Positions 24,577-36,924 of a stretch of 64,000 nt of DNA are shown one piece after another; within the stretch, counting starts at the first letter, position 1; every line of letters starts with the position of its first letter. The stretch is from Heterodontus francisci. Lineage: Eukaryota. Below the pieces are notes generated by a model, which was not told the DNA's origin, did no database searches, and was given only the letters and a program-made list of their open reading frames with translations. The stretch spans positions 37,359,243 to 37,423,242 of the forward strand of contig NC_090394.1 of assembly GCF_036365525.1 (NCBI RefSeq). The letters are read 5' to 3'. A program made the translations under genes and the position numbers.

Positions 24577-27500
24577 CTCTGACTGACTGTTCTCACAATG
24601 CTATGCTCCGATGCCTTGCACCTCCCCCAACTCCCCCTTGCCAAAATACTCCCTGAAAACTGCTCTAACCATGTTTTTCTCTGTAGCACCCCACAAAGTA
24701 AACCCACTTGTCAATTTTCCCACATCACACCATTACCACCCTCATGTCGCTGCACCTAAATCCAGCCTCCTACACTGAAGAACCTCAGGAAGCCCTTCTC
24801 AATATTCCAGCACCCTGGTACCCTAATTCACAACAAATTCTCCCCAGTACTGAAAAACCTCAAAACTCCCTCCTACTACAATTAGACACTGGCACCCCAT
24901 TCTAGGTACCTGCAGTGATCCCACATCCTACCACTCCTACTCCCCAGTGCTACAACAGCCCACTCCCAATGCTCCCAGATACCAGACTCCTCATCAACCC
25001 ACATGCTCTCTCCTGCCCCCCACGCCACTTTCCATTATTGCTACACCATACCTCCTACGTATGTACACCATCTTTCCTACATCCTTCTGTGATGCGTTTT
25101 GGGACACTTTATTATGTTAAAGGCATTATATGAAGACCATTTGTTGTAGTAGGGTTGAAAAATGAGACAGAATCAACTACATATTTAAGTATTTAATCGT
25201 AATCAAGGCCATTTGATTTACAGGTTCCCCTCAAATATGCGCACAATTACTGCATTTGAACCTGAAAATATCACTAACATGGGCATAAAAATAGTTTGAC
25301 ATATTTAAACATTATGGCTCTGATATTATATTGCACATTTCATTCAATAAGAGGTGTCCTCTTAGTCACATTGAGCGATGCAATAAAGACACATACATAC
25401 AAACTAGTGAATCTCTCACAGCACTGTTCAATCAGTTGGAGGATATAATATTCTATAAAAACAGGGCTGTTACAATATAGAGAACTATACTGTATTATCT
25501 TGGTAAGTGATTTACTGTGCATTAACAAATTTAGTCATGTTTATTATATGACATATTGGAATTTGTATTAATGTTTTGAGGATTGGATTGGATAATTTTA
25601 TGTCTACATATTTGTGTCTGAACAATGAACCCAGACAATAAGCAACAGCTTGAAGGAGTTACTCAACCACACAGCGTGAGTGAGATGAATTAACAAATAC
25701 AGTTGAAATGACATAATCAATGAAGCACGCTGGGTTAATCATGATGTCTGCCAGTGTTGACTCAGCTTCCTCACACTGGGGCTCAGATACTCTTCCCAGT
25801 TTCCCCAGTGATCAGTCAGCATTTACTGGAAGCAGAAAATAATAACTGTAAAAAATCTAAAAGATCTGGAATATATGATAGGAATCGCTGTACTTTGCAC
25901 TCCTTTAGTCAACTGTTCTGATGAAAAGTTCTCAACGAAGGCTGTAATTTGTGAAACTAATGATACGAATAAACAGTTTTAAGAAAAATAAATTGTTTTC
26001 AAGACCTTTCAATATGCCTCTAAAAACTGTCAGGGAAGGTGATCTGCAGCAGTTCAAGTCATGCTCACAATTAGAGGATTTATTCTCCTGCATCAGCTGG
26101 ACCAAAGCCTACTGACAGTCACACTCACCAAAGCATAATGTTAAGAAACACAAAATAATTTAACTTAAAATTATAGGGAAAAACATGAGCACAAACTTCA
26201 ATGCAATATTTTTAAAGCACATTAGTCAATTCCTTGTGGTGGCTTTCAACATTAAGCATTAGAACGGGCCAAAAGAAAAATAATGTGTGAAAAGTAGTTG
26301 AAGTATATGACATGAACATTTGAAGTAATCTTAGAGTTTCTTAAACACTACATTAGCAATTCAATAACACTGCAATTTAGTTAATTCAAAGGTAATATTT
26401 GAAGGAGCAAGAAGTTATGCTGAAGGTTGGAAGAAACATTTATGTGTGGCTCCCCTTAGTAATACAAAGTTGAGTTTTATAAAAGTTATGGCAACAAGAA
26501 ATTAAGCTATAATATGTGTATGATTTAAAAGTATTGATGAAAGACAGGAACTAATCTACAATAACCATTAAGTCTATACCTTTAAAAAAAAATCTTATAT
26601 TGAAATCAATAAAACTAACAGCACATTATCTCCTGCTCAAGCTTCTCTACTGCTTCCATCACAATCAAATTTTTAAATGTTATTTGGATTTTATGCAGTA
26701 ATTTATAGTCAATTTTGCAGTATAATTAGCTAAGGCACTATTCTCAGGAGAATCCCAAAGTACCTTTGATCTAGCAATGATCCTGCAACCCAGTAACTAT
26801 ATTAAATGAGTTACCATAACTAACATTAGGAAACATTACAAATAAAAGCCACATTCAATTTTCCTAAAAAATTTTTGGCAGAACACAATTATTTTGTCAG
26901 TTACTCAACAAGCAATGGCTAAGGTTCGTAATTTGCCATAGCTTGATATTTCATGATCTTTATATTGCACAGGATCAGAAATTTACACACTGAGCACACT
27001 CATGCCACATGAAGACTGATTTTGCCCAAAAATAGCACAATTTAAATTACAACAGTTAAGTTAGGAGGGATAGAATATTGCTGGAACCTGAGATAGAGTG
27101 CAACTGAAGAAGTTTTAAGCAGGCAAATAGGCTGGTTCATCATCAGCACCTGCACATCACTTGATTTCCTTGCTGTTGATTTTCTCATAGAGATTGCAGC
27201 TCCTCCACTTTATTTTCCAGTCTACAATTTTGCAAAGGAAATTATGGCATTATAGTCCAGGCCACTTTCAAGTCAATCCACACTCAAGAAATCAGCTGAG
27301 AGAACTTGCGGCAGCACAGACCGTCAGTCATGCCACACTGTCAGGTTAGGTTGTGAGTGAGGAGATAGAAACACAATTTTCCCAATTTTACCCATAACTA
27401 CCAGTGATTTTCAGAAAAAGTTCCCATGATCGATGACTACAACTATTTATGACCCGGCCTCTAAATTAGTCCCAGTCAATAGATACTAAAGATCAGCTAA

Positions 27501-27789
27501 AGGATTGTCACAAACAGTAATTTATTGAAACAGATTGTTCAACCCATAAGATGAACACTTCCATTAACTTGATGCTGAAAAATGCTGATGATTCTGAATT
27601 CTGCAATTGGTACTGAGCTTGGGTCACATGAAAGGACTTGGATTTGGTTTTGCAACATATTTTTTTTTTAATTAACTTGCATAGCTCTCCCAACTTACCT
27701 TAGATTATGACTCAGTATACAGGAAACATGACATTCTCACTAGTTTCTGGACTTTTAGGCTAATGAGTGCAATGTTTATACTACACAGT

Positions 27790-28178
27790 AGGCTGAGGGG
27801 CGGTAGATACCTATAAAATTATGAAGGGGCTTGAGAGGCTAAATGTAGAGATGATGTTTCCTCTTGTGGGAAAATCCAAAACTAGAAGACATAAATGTAT
27901 GAGAGTCACCAATAAATACAATAAAGAATTCAACAGAAACTTCTTTAACCAGAGCGTGGTTAGAATGTAGAACTGACTACCACATGGGGAGTGGCTGAGA
28001 TAAAAAACATAGATGCATTTAAGGGGAAGTCAGATAAGTAAATGAGGGAGAAAAGGTTATTCTAATAAGGTGAGATGCAATAGGATGGGAAGAGGCTCAT
28101 ATGGAGCACAAACACCAGCAAAGACCAGGTGGACCAAATAGTATGTTCCAGTGCTGTAAATTTAGTGTAATTCTATGC
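27790..28178 (+). mobile_element. CR1-type LINE 3' fragment
   Basis: RLRG..YKIMKGL..MFPLVG.SKTR relic followed by the CR1 tail tgctgtaaatt..tgtaattctatg. Confidence 0.8.
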
Positions 28179-28353
28179 AAAGTATATCCAGAGACAGAGC
28201 CATCGCATAGCAATTTGACTATGAAAGATATTACAAGATCTCCGGTCTTACCGAACCATGGAGATCCAGGATAAAGCATGACAGTATTTTGTTTAGCATG
28301 TAGAGAGTTTGCCCAATGACTAACAAAACAACAAAGCAAGTAACTTATTTGCA

Positions 28354-29210
28354 TAAAACAGGGAAAAGTGAAATGCTGGAAATAAACAGGTCAGTCAGCA
28401 TCTGCAAAAAGAAAAGACAAGTCTTTTTGGGTGTGTGCACCTTTCATCAGAACTGAACTAAAGATAAACTGGCATTTCAGTAAAGTTGGAAATAGAGGGG
28501 AAGGAGAGAAAACTAACAGATAGACCAATCACAGAGGAGTTGCTGTGTTAAATAACCTGTAAAGTGCCAGAGAACAGGGGAAGAAAAAACATGCTTGGTT
28601 GAGGATCATTTAGCATGTGGCAGAAATGGTGGAAGATGACTGAGAATGCAGAGGCTGGTTGATGGAATCAAGTGTCCTGTTGACAAATGTGGAAAGGAAA
28701 CATTGGTTAAAGAAAAAGATAGGACTTTTCAGAAGCTCTCGTAAGGGAGGTGAAGTTATCAGACAGTTCAAGGGCACTTAGGGAAATGCTGGCCTAGCCA
28801 GCGATGCCCACACCCCATAAAAAATCAAATTTTAAAAACTGGGAGAAAGGGATGGAGTCGTTACAGAAGGCAAGGTGGGAATATCACAATGGTTGTGGAA
28901 GTCAGTGGGCTTGTACTAGATGTCAGTAGAAAGCCCATTGTCATTGATGGTTAGAGAGAGAGAGAGGTGTCCAGGAAGGGAAGGGGTGCATCTGTAATAA
29001 ACCACATGAAGATGAGGATGGATAGAAATTGGAAGAGCAGTTAATGACATTCTCCAAGTAGAAGCAAGAGCAGAAAATGGCATCAAGATATTCACCAATA
29101 TAGAAGGGCCCGAGTAGGTTTGCAACAGAGAGTGTTCCCCATATCCTACAAAAAGGAAGCCATGGCTGGGACCCATAGAAAATTCCGACAGCAACACCTT
29201 TCATCTGCAT
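28354..29210 (-). mobile_element. Penelope-like element relic (RT fragment plus terminal repeat), with a short LINE-tail insertion near 28765-28830
   Basis: Minus-strand peptides QMKGVAVG, MGPSHGFLFVGYGEHSLLQTYSGP and LSTDI*YKPTD match the Penelope RT core. 28354-28455 is homologous to the terminal repeat at 31205-31310. Confidence 0.75.
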
Positions 29211-29299
29211 TTATGTGCTGTTTTATCACATTCTCAGGATGTACCAAAGTGTTTCACAACAAATAAATTACTTCTGAAGTGCAGTCACTGTCATTAGGT

Positions 29300-29478
29300 G
29301 CCAGAAGGTAGTTGAATCTGTTCAGTCTAGGTCAATTTCAAATGTCATTACTGAGAATTTTAGAATTTTGTTAAGCAAAGGTATTAAGGGATACAGAACC
29401 AAGGTGACTAGATGGAGTTAAGATACCTATCAGCCATGATCTAAATGAACGGCCTATTCCTTTTTCTATGTTCCTATG
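29300..29478 (+). mobile_element. CR1-type 3' tail fragment
   Basis: ccagaaggtagttga..gtattaagggata..atcagccatgatct..tatgttcctatg. Confidence 0.6.
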
Positions 29479-30124
29479 TCTCAGCTCCACTCTAGAGTTT
29501 GAGCACATAATCTAGGTTGTCACATTTAAAACATCTTTGCAGCCAACAGTTCACTTGTTTAATAACATTAATTTTTCCTGCACTAAAATCCCCAACAATT
29601 GCCATTACTGCCTCTGACACAAAACCTCAAACTCTCTAAGGCTTTGCATGCGCTCTCTCTTTCTGGCAGAAAATCTTTTGTCTCAAAAATTTCTCTTCAG
29701 TTAAGCTAATTCAGTGTTGGGTTACACTAAAAATAAGTATTTTGGAAACTCAAAAGCTGATGTTAACTCCTTTGTCTTTTGTATCATCTCTAATTGGCAA
29801 TTTAAAAAGCTTCTATTGCAAATCATCTCATCATTCCTTCAACCTCCAAATTATAGGCCTAGCAGCATATATCCTACTATCATGCAGTCTTGCCCTTAGG
29901 GATGGCAAGACTCTATCATTACCCGACCATTGTCGGGAGAGAGGACTAGTTTATCGTTAAGAATTTGGCTCCACTTGTCTCAGATGGTGAAATCTGTGCC
30001 TATCCCACCACTCACTATAAAGGACTTTAAAATGTAAGTGGATTATCTGCTTTGCAATGTTAGCACTTCCCTGATCAGCACTGGACCAGCCACCCCCATC
30101 CCCAAACCCTATGTTACTCATTTT

Positions 30125-30450
30125 AAGGTCCAGGACTACATGCAGAGTGACGCACTAAAGCTTAGGGCAGCCACCGCAAAGGCTCAATGGGGAAAGGCCA
30201 CTGTGTAAGGCCCTCCCACCATAGTATACTGAGGGGTTAGAAACCGTGTAAAACCCATGTATGCACCAGGAAATGTTTCACATGAAAGGTAAATGTATAT
30301 TGTAAATATAAGCTATAATGGCAAGTGTATGAGGCACCTCACGTACTCTGTTGAAAGAAACTTATCGTATTCCACTCTATGCAATGTCAAATTTGAACTG
30401 TTATGTAGTGTACTTTCACAAATTTGAATAAAGTATATTTTTGAAAAAAA
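30125..30450 (+). mobile_element. 5'-truncated Tx1/L1-type LINE 3' end
   Basis: ORF end KVQDYMQSDALKLRAATAKAQWGKATV*, followed by a 3' UTR, AATAAA and an A-tail. Confidence 0.65.
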
Positions 30451-30994
30451 TGGATAACATGACGGAAGAAATTCAGCTACTTAAAATGAGATGCATAACA
30501 CATTCTTTTTATTGCAACTCAAGGGATTTTTGCTACTGCGAGGTCCAGACTACATTTCTTTGAACAAAAATTAAATCAATAATTTTACGATTTTTCTCAG
30601 CTCAGTAAACAAGCCTCTCTATTCAAAATGACTATAAATTTACACCAGAGCAAAACTTGCTGCAGGGTATGTTTAAAAAATGGATGCTATATTATTAAAA
30701 TTAATTTGTCGAAATGAAATATTAAGAAAAGAATTTCTCACTATGCACAGAGGGATGATAACTGTTTAAAATCAATGTCCATTGATTTTACAGAAATACA
30801 ATAAACTACAGTTCCAACTGATTTGATTAAATGAATACAGAAACATTCTTCTATCACCGTATTTCAACTCAGACAGACTTTCAGAAGCTCAATTACCTAC
30901 TTGTTTAGGTAAATCATGGTAGGTAGATCATTTTGTATTTGACAGTATTACCAAGAATACTTAAAAGTTCTAGTTGTTCATGTTTGTGCTTGGG

Positions 30995-31312
30995 GGCTAG
31001 GCTGTTCATTTTTCTGTCAATTAACACCCTCTCTGCGCTAACGCTTTGTCTTTCAACACACCATTAACATACCCGTTTGCCTTTGCTCCATGACCTTCTG
31101 GTCAGTTATTGTGTGATCCTCTGTCCTATCAACACCTTGCCTTTTGTTACTTCTTGCCTCACCCCGACTTTACTTGCTTAAAACCCATTACATTTCTAAT
31201 ATTTGCCAGTTCTGATGACGGGTCACTGACCTGAAATGTTAACTCTGCTTCTCTCTCCACAGATGCTGACAGACCTACTGAATATTTCCAGAATTTCTTC
31301 ATTTTATCTCAG
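30995..31312 (+). mobile_element. Penelope-like terminal repeat fragment
   Basis: Typical elasmobranch PLE end: ttctgatga..ggtca..gacctgaaa.gttaactctg.ttctctctccacagatgctg..gacct.ctga.tatttccag. Confidence 0.75.
31208..31244 (+). ncRNA. Minimal type I hammerhead ribozyme motif (PLE-associated)
   Basis: AGTT-CTGATGA-c-GGGTC(act)GACCT-GAAA-tGTT-AACT. Stem I AGTT/AACT, core CUGAUGA and GAAA, stem II and a GUU cleavage triplet are present. Confidence 0.65.
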
Positions 31313-32649
31313 CTTTAAATTGCTCTCTTGAAATCACTTGCGTGTCCATTTGTTTTTAAAACTGTGTATTTCACAGAAACTCTATGACACTTTGGTTAAT
31401 TTGTATTGCTGGCAACAGCTATCATGCTAGACACAAACAGAATTGCACTCCATGTTGTGATACGATATCTACACTGAAGGATTAGTGGCACTAATGTAAA
31501 TATTTCAAGGTAACTGAATGATAAATCAGCTAATTATGATGTATACAAGTATTTCACAGTACTGAAACGGAACACAAATAGCCAGGCAAAACAAAAAAAA
31601 ACTTTAACATATCTTAGAAATAGCCCATAAGATTGCTTTTATTCTGAAATGTCCTACCCAAAACACTAACCTACCCTTCCTGTTCATTACTGACGGAGTT
31701 GCTGCACAATTCCATATGCTCTACAGGTTTGTGCAGAACTTTCTCTTTGCTTTATCCAATATTGTGAATTTGTTTAGCACTGATTTGTTTAACAAGAATA
31801 ATCAGATGTTCCATGTCACAGGTCTTTTTATTAAAAAAAGCATCCATTTGCAAGGACCCATCCATCGTAGGAAACAGTCATTTCAGATTGCACCCATCTC
31901 TCCATCATTCTTGATCAACATTAATTCAACCACTGTTTAAAAATATTCTTTCTAAATCGCTCTTCCTACCTTCTATTGTGCATGTAATGATTCAGGTGTA
32001 ATTATGCTAAATGGCCCACTTCAAAATTTAATTTCAATTCGCAGAATTAATCCGATGCCGAGAGTACAGATGTAAAATTACAACAGGGAGACAATGGCTT
32101 TTAAATATGTCTTTCTGTATGTCACTGATGTAAAATTAATTTGCCAATAACTGTAACTTGCTGCAGCTGCATTTACTTCATTTTTCTGCCTATCCCTGCA
32201 GCTGCAAATTAGAGAAAGAAATAAAAACAACTTGGAGAGCGCTGCTCCAACAAAGGAACAGCTGCAACACTGAAAGAGGTGCTGAACTCAAATTCTTACT
32301 CTAAAAAAGAGCTAATTTCTCCATTATATGAAGGGTACAAAATTACTGATCTGAATATTTAAAACTGTGAAACTTAATTTGTACTGAAAAAAATGCTTCT
32401 TTGTAAATTGTGAGCAATGTTTTTCGTTCAGATATCACAAGCAAGATTTTGATTTAAAAATTAAGTACTTAAATTTTACATTCTTCGCAGCTATTTCATT
32501 TTTTATAGTTGTTTTTCATGGGATAAGGCATCATTGTTACTCAGGTAGCATAGCAGAAGATGGTGATATCAGATTCAGACTCAATGGATTACAGACTATA
32601 ACAAAAGAAAACAGAGAAGAATTTAGATCATATCTCTAATGCAAAAAAT

Positions 32650-33620
32650 GTCCAAACAGATACATGACGAGCACAAGTTGGAGATGGGGTGGGGTGAGAA
32701 TAACAAGAACAGGGATTTTAAATTTAACACACTTGGGAACCAAATGTAGGTCAGCGAGGTTAAAGATGTTTTTTTTAGTTTTTAGTTTTAGAGATACAGC
32801 ACTCAAACAGGCCCTTCGGACCACCGGGTCTGTGCCGACCATCAACCACCCATTTATACTAATCCTACACTAATTCCATATTCCTACCAAACATCCCCAC
32901 CTGTCCCTATATTTCCCTACCACCTGCCTATACTAGGGGCAATTTATATTGGCCAATTTACCTATCAACCTGCATGTCTTTGGCATGTGGGAGGAAACCG
33001 GAGCACCCGGAGAAAACCCACGCAGACACAGGGAGAACTTGCAAACTCCACACAGGCAGTACCCAGAATTGAACCCGGGTCACTGGAGCTGTGAGGCTGC
33101 GGTGCTAACCACTGCGCCACTGGACAAGCAGGATAGACACTGGTGGTTCAGATTTGGACAAGTTGGAATTTATGGTTATCGGCAACTTCAGAGAAATTAA
33201 TTCCAGAAGTGACAAAGCATGGATAAGATTTCAGCAGCCAAGGGACTGAGATGGGCAACGATGAAGAGGTAGAAGTAAACAGCTGAACGATGGATAGATT
33301 TTGAGGTTTGATGCTCAGCTCTGGATCAAATAGGATACCAAGACTTCACATGGTTTTTTTAGCGTGAGCAAGTGGCAAGGAAGAGGTACAGAGTCATTTT
33401 TAAGATCAAGGATTTCAATCTTCCCAATGTACTACTGGAGGAAATTCTGACTCATCCATGATGATATCAGACACGCAGTCTAACAAGACAGAGATATTCA
33501 TGGAGTCAAGGTAAGTGGTGAAGTAGTAAATCTGGGTGCCATCATCTTACATATGGAAGCTGGACTATGGAATGCAGATTATAGCACCAAGAGGGAACAC
33601 ATTAATGAGGGAACAAGAAT
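32650..33620 (-). mobile_element. Degraded L2-type LINE fragments interrupted by a SINE
   Basis: Colinear motifs with the L2 at 46828-47650 (ttttaaat..tgggaaccaaatgtaggtcagcgag; ggatttcaatcttcccaat). Confidence 0.55.
32769..33122 (-). mobile_element. HE1-like SINE, near full length
   Basis: Reverse complement includes A and B boxes, the V-domain and a (TAAAAC)-like tail. Confidence 0.92.
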
Positions 33621-34743
33621 GTATACTTCAGATAAGATACAAAGTTCGCATTCAAAGCCTATAAAACTTTCACATTATAAGTTTCAATAACGAACCCAAA
33701 AGTTCTATTCCGTAAAACACAATAGGTGTTCACACCCAATCTTTAAAAAAAAAGAGGTCAGGCATTCTCTTGCAGGGAGGGTACATAAATCTTCAGCTTG
33801 TCACACACCAGATTTAGCACAGAATTAGAAATGGGTCCACCACCCTCTCCCAAGTCACAATAGTACAAGGGAGACTGGCAATGGTGCAGGAACAGGAAGA
33901 CCCACTGCTGGAGGTGTGTTTCCCATTCTTTCTCACCCTTTTATCTGAACAGAAGGCAGCTTGTAGCAATACAACTATGTAACCTTATTTTTTTCATATT
34001 CTGATGACAGTTTTGCATGCTTTCAATAACTTTTGATTCAACAGTGTGCCTCTTATTAAACTACTGGGCGTTGCTTTTCTGAAAGTTAAATAGTTCAAAA
34101 TCCCAAAACTGCAACTGAAAATTTTTCAATAACGCAGCTCTCTTTTTGTATTAATTATTCAACCCATGCAGGCTGGAGAGATCATGCCAATAGCACAGCT
34201 GAAGTTCAACCAAGTAAGTCAGCAACGCAATCCATTGATGAGCTTCAAGGAGCAAAACAAACTGTAAAAGAAGATTTGAAATATACATTGAAGGCCTATA
34301 AAACCTTGTGATGTTATAAATTTGAATGAGAATAAGATCCAAAGTTCTATGGCATAAAGCAACTGAATAGGAGGTCACACCCAAGTTATCAAACAGGTGC
34401 CAGACACTTTGTTGCAGCAAGGGAGTCCAAAACCTTCAGTTGGTCAAAGACCAGATTTGGCAAAGGAATGGAAATGGGCCATTCATACTCTCCCAAGCTG
34501 TAGTAATATATGGCAATAGGGCACCAAAGACAAGGCTGAAGAAATAAAAATAACTTTCTTTTTAAATGTATATATTTTCTGGTGAACTTATATCTGCAAA
34601 TTGAGACACATCCAAGGCAGGGAATAAGGGGGACCACTTTCTCTTTTTGGCACCCACTCTGAAGAACTGTAAATTGGGGTTACCTTAAATCTTCTCTAAT
34701 TTGCCACAATAGTATTCTTCAGCTATAATCATAGAAGGACATC

Positions 34744-34950
34744 TGTTATATCCCAGAAAACCAGGTGGTAAAGACAGAACTGGAGACAATCTTTACACAA
34801 TTTTATAAGCATTTATTTACAGTACACACATTAACGAGCATGCACCTCCTAACCCACCAACCACAGTTTCAGTCTGTTCCTATTTATAGGAACAGAAGTG
34901 AATCCCCTGTTAATGCCCCCATCTGCATACAATTAAATATAATTAATATA
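34744..34950 (-). mobile_element. Short solo LTR (Gypsy-type)
   Basis: TGTTATA...TAATATA flanked by a 4-bp CATC direct repeat. The minus strand has CTATAAATAG upstream of AATAAA. Confidence 0.55.
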
Positions 34951-35189
34951 CATCAATTTCCTAACCACCACGCTGTATCCTGAGTGCAAACTCCTGATTT
35001 AATAATTTGCGCTACATTATGAATAGTCTTTTGACAAAGCCTATCTTCAGGCTATCTAAAACAATAAAATCTCCTACGTTAGGAAGCCTAGAGTAACTGA
35101 CCTGTTCACGTTCTCTAGAGTTACAGCAAAAATAAAAAATTTTGGTGGGGGTGGGGTAGGGGAAACTTTTTACAGGTCCCTGCACAAAC

Positions 35190-35938
35190 TCCATTCCCGA
35201 GCTATCGACTCCAGCCCGCTCCCTGGCAACTGTCTGCGGCTGAACCAGACTGTTGCAGCATTGGTTTCATATTTGACCGCAAGATGCATTACCAACTACA
35301 TATCCGCACCGTCACTAAAACTGTTTATTTCCACCTCTGTGCCATCTCCCAGCTCTACCCCTGCTCAGTTCATTTGCTGCTGAAACCCTCAACCATGCCT
35401 GTTACCCCTAGCCTTGACTATTCCTATGCATCTTTGGCAGCTTCCCATGTTCCAGCCTCTGCAAGCTGAAGTCATCCAAAATTCTGCTGCCCACATCCTA
35501 ATTTGCACCAAGTCCTTTTCACTCATCGCTTCTGTGCTCCCTCACATACACTGGCTTCCAGTTAAGCACTGCCTTGACTTTAATTTTTTTTTCCAAGTCT
35601 CTCTGTGGCCTCACCCCTCTGTAATCTCCTCCAGCCTCACAACCCTCCAAGATATCTCCACTCCTCCAATTCTGGCCTCTTGTGCATCCCCAATTTTAAT
35701 CACTCCACCATTGACGGCCATGCCTTCAGCTGCCTAGGCTTAAGCTCTGTAATTTCCTCCCTACAGCTCTCAGTCCCTCTAATGCTCTGTGCTCCTTTAA
35801 ACCTACCTTTTTGACCAAGTTTTTCGTCATCTGTAAGAAATCCTTATTTGGCTACGTGTCAACTTTTGTTTCAGTAACCCTCCTGGTGAAGCGCATTGAA
35901 ATAATTTTACTACATTAAAGGGACTTTAGTTGTAGTTG
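35190..35938 (+). mobile_element. L2-type LINE 3' fragment
   Basis: Relic peptides YFHLCAISQL, SLDYSYA and IQNSAAHIL...HWLPVK, followed by an L2 tail. Confidence 0.8.
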
Positions 35939-36924
35939 TGTTCTGCCTGTTATCTGATATACACACTAGGAATGACTCTCTTATTGTACTAAATGGTACG
36001 TGTAACTGCTGACACAAAAGGAACTGCAGACAGCAAGAGAATGCATCACTGATACAAGCCGATGCCATCATTTTTTTTGAATTCCAAGAGGTTAAGCCTG
36101 TACACTGAAAGCAGCGCAGAAACAGTGCTCACCTCTACTGTCTTTCACAGACAGCATCCCAAATGGAGAAGGTATATAAAACTTCATCATGAAATTACCA
36201 CAGCTGTCGCGACTGTCAACTGAGTTTGTTAGAAGTGGTGGAGTCACACGATTCCATACACCAGTGAAATTAATTTTTCAATGGCTCATCTGTGTCTCAG
36301 TCTATTCATTTGATAAGAAAAAATAATGAATGGTTAAGACAATATTTTCTCTTCAAACATACTAGCAGATCTCTGTGACAATTCACACTAGGTCACAGGA
36401 TACAATGCTTTATAAAAAGAGTACAGCATCAGTGCTGTTTTATTACAATTGTTTAACTTCAATTATTGGACCCTTTGAATGACCAGGAGTAGATAGCATT
36501 GTCTGAATCTGGAGTCAGGGTCCAAGCTAACACCAAAGTAAAAGCACAGAGATTTCCTGAACAGGGTACTATCATTCTACTTTACTAGAGTAATTATCTT
36601 TGTCATTAAACAACACAAGTTTAGGATTGATGCAAAATTGGAAACTGCATTTTGCTGATGCCAAACAAGTCATGTAAATGCACCCTTAGCATGCATCTCA
36701 GCAATGATGTGGAGGCTGTTTCCACATTGTGGCACTGGAAAACATTCCACAGAACTAAAACACCTCAGACACATTTCATCACTGACTCAGTTAAATGACT
36801 CCAAATAGGATTTTGGACTTTTAATCATTTGCTAGAAAGTCTGAAATATATAAATCACGCATTGTATTGCCAATTTCTGTATTTACTTCATTGTAATTCT
36901 ACATTCTTGTAAGCAAATATAAAA

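Noticed and set aside
25914-25945. CTGATGA motif suggesting another hammerhead ribozyme
   Set aside because: There is no convincing stem II, GAAA core or stem I pairing.
27221-27344. Open plus-strand exon-like segment (STILQRKLWHYSPGHF...)
   Set aside because: No recognisable homology and no partner exons, so it is compatible with chance.
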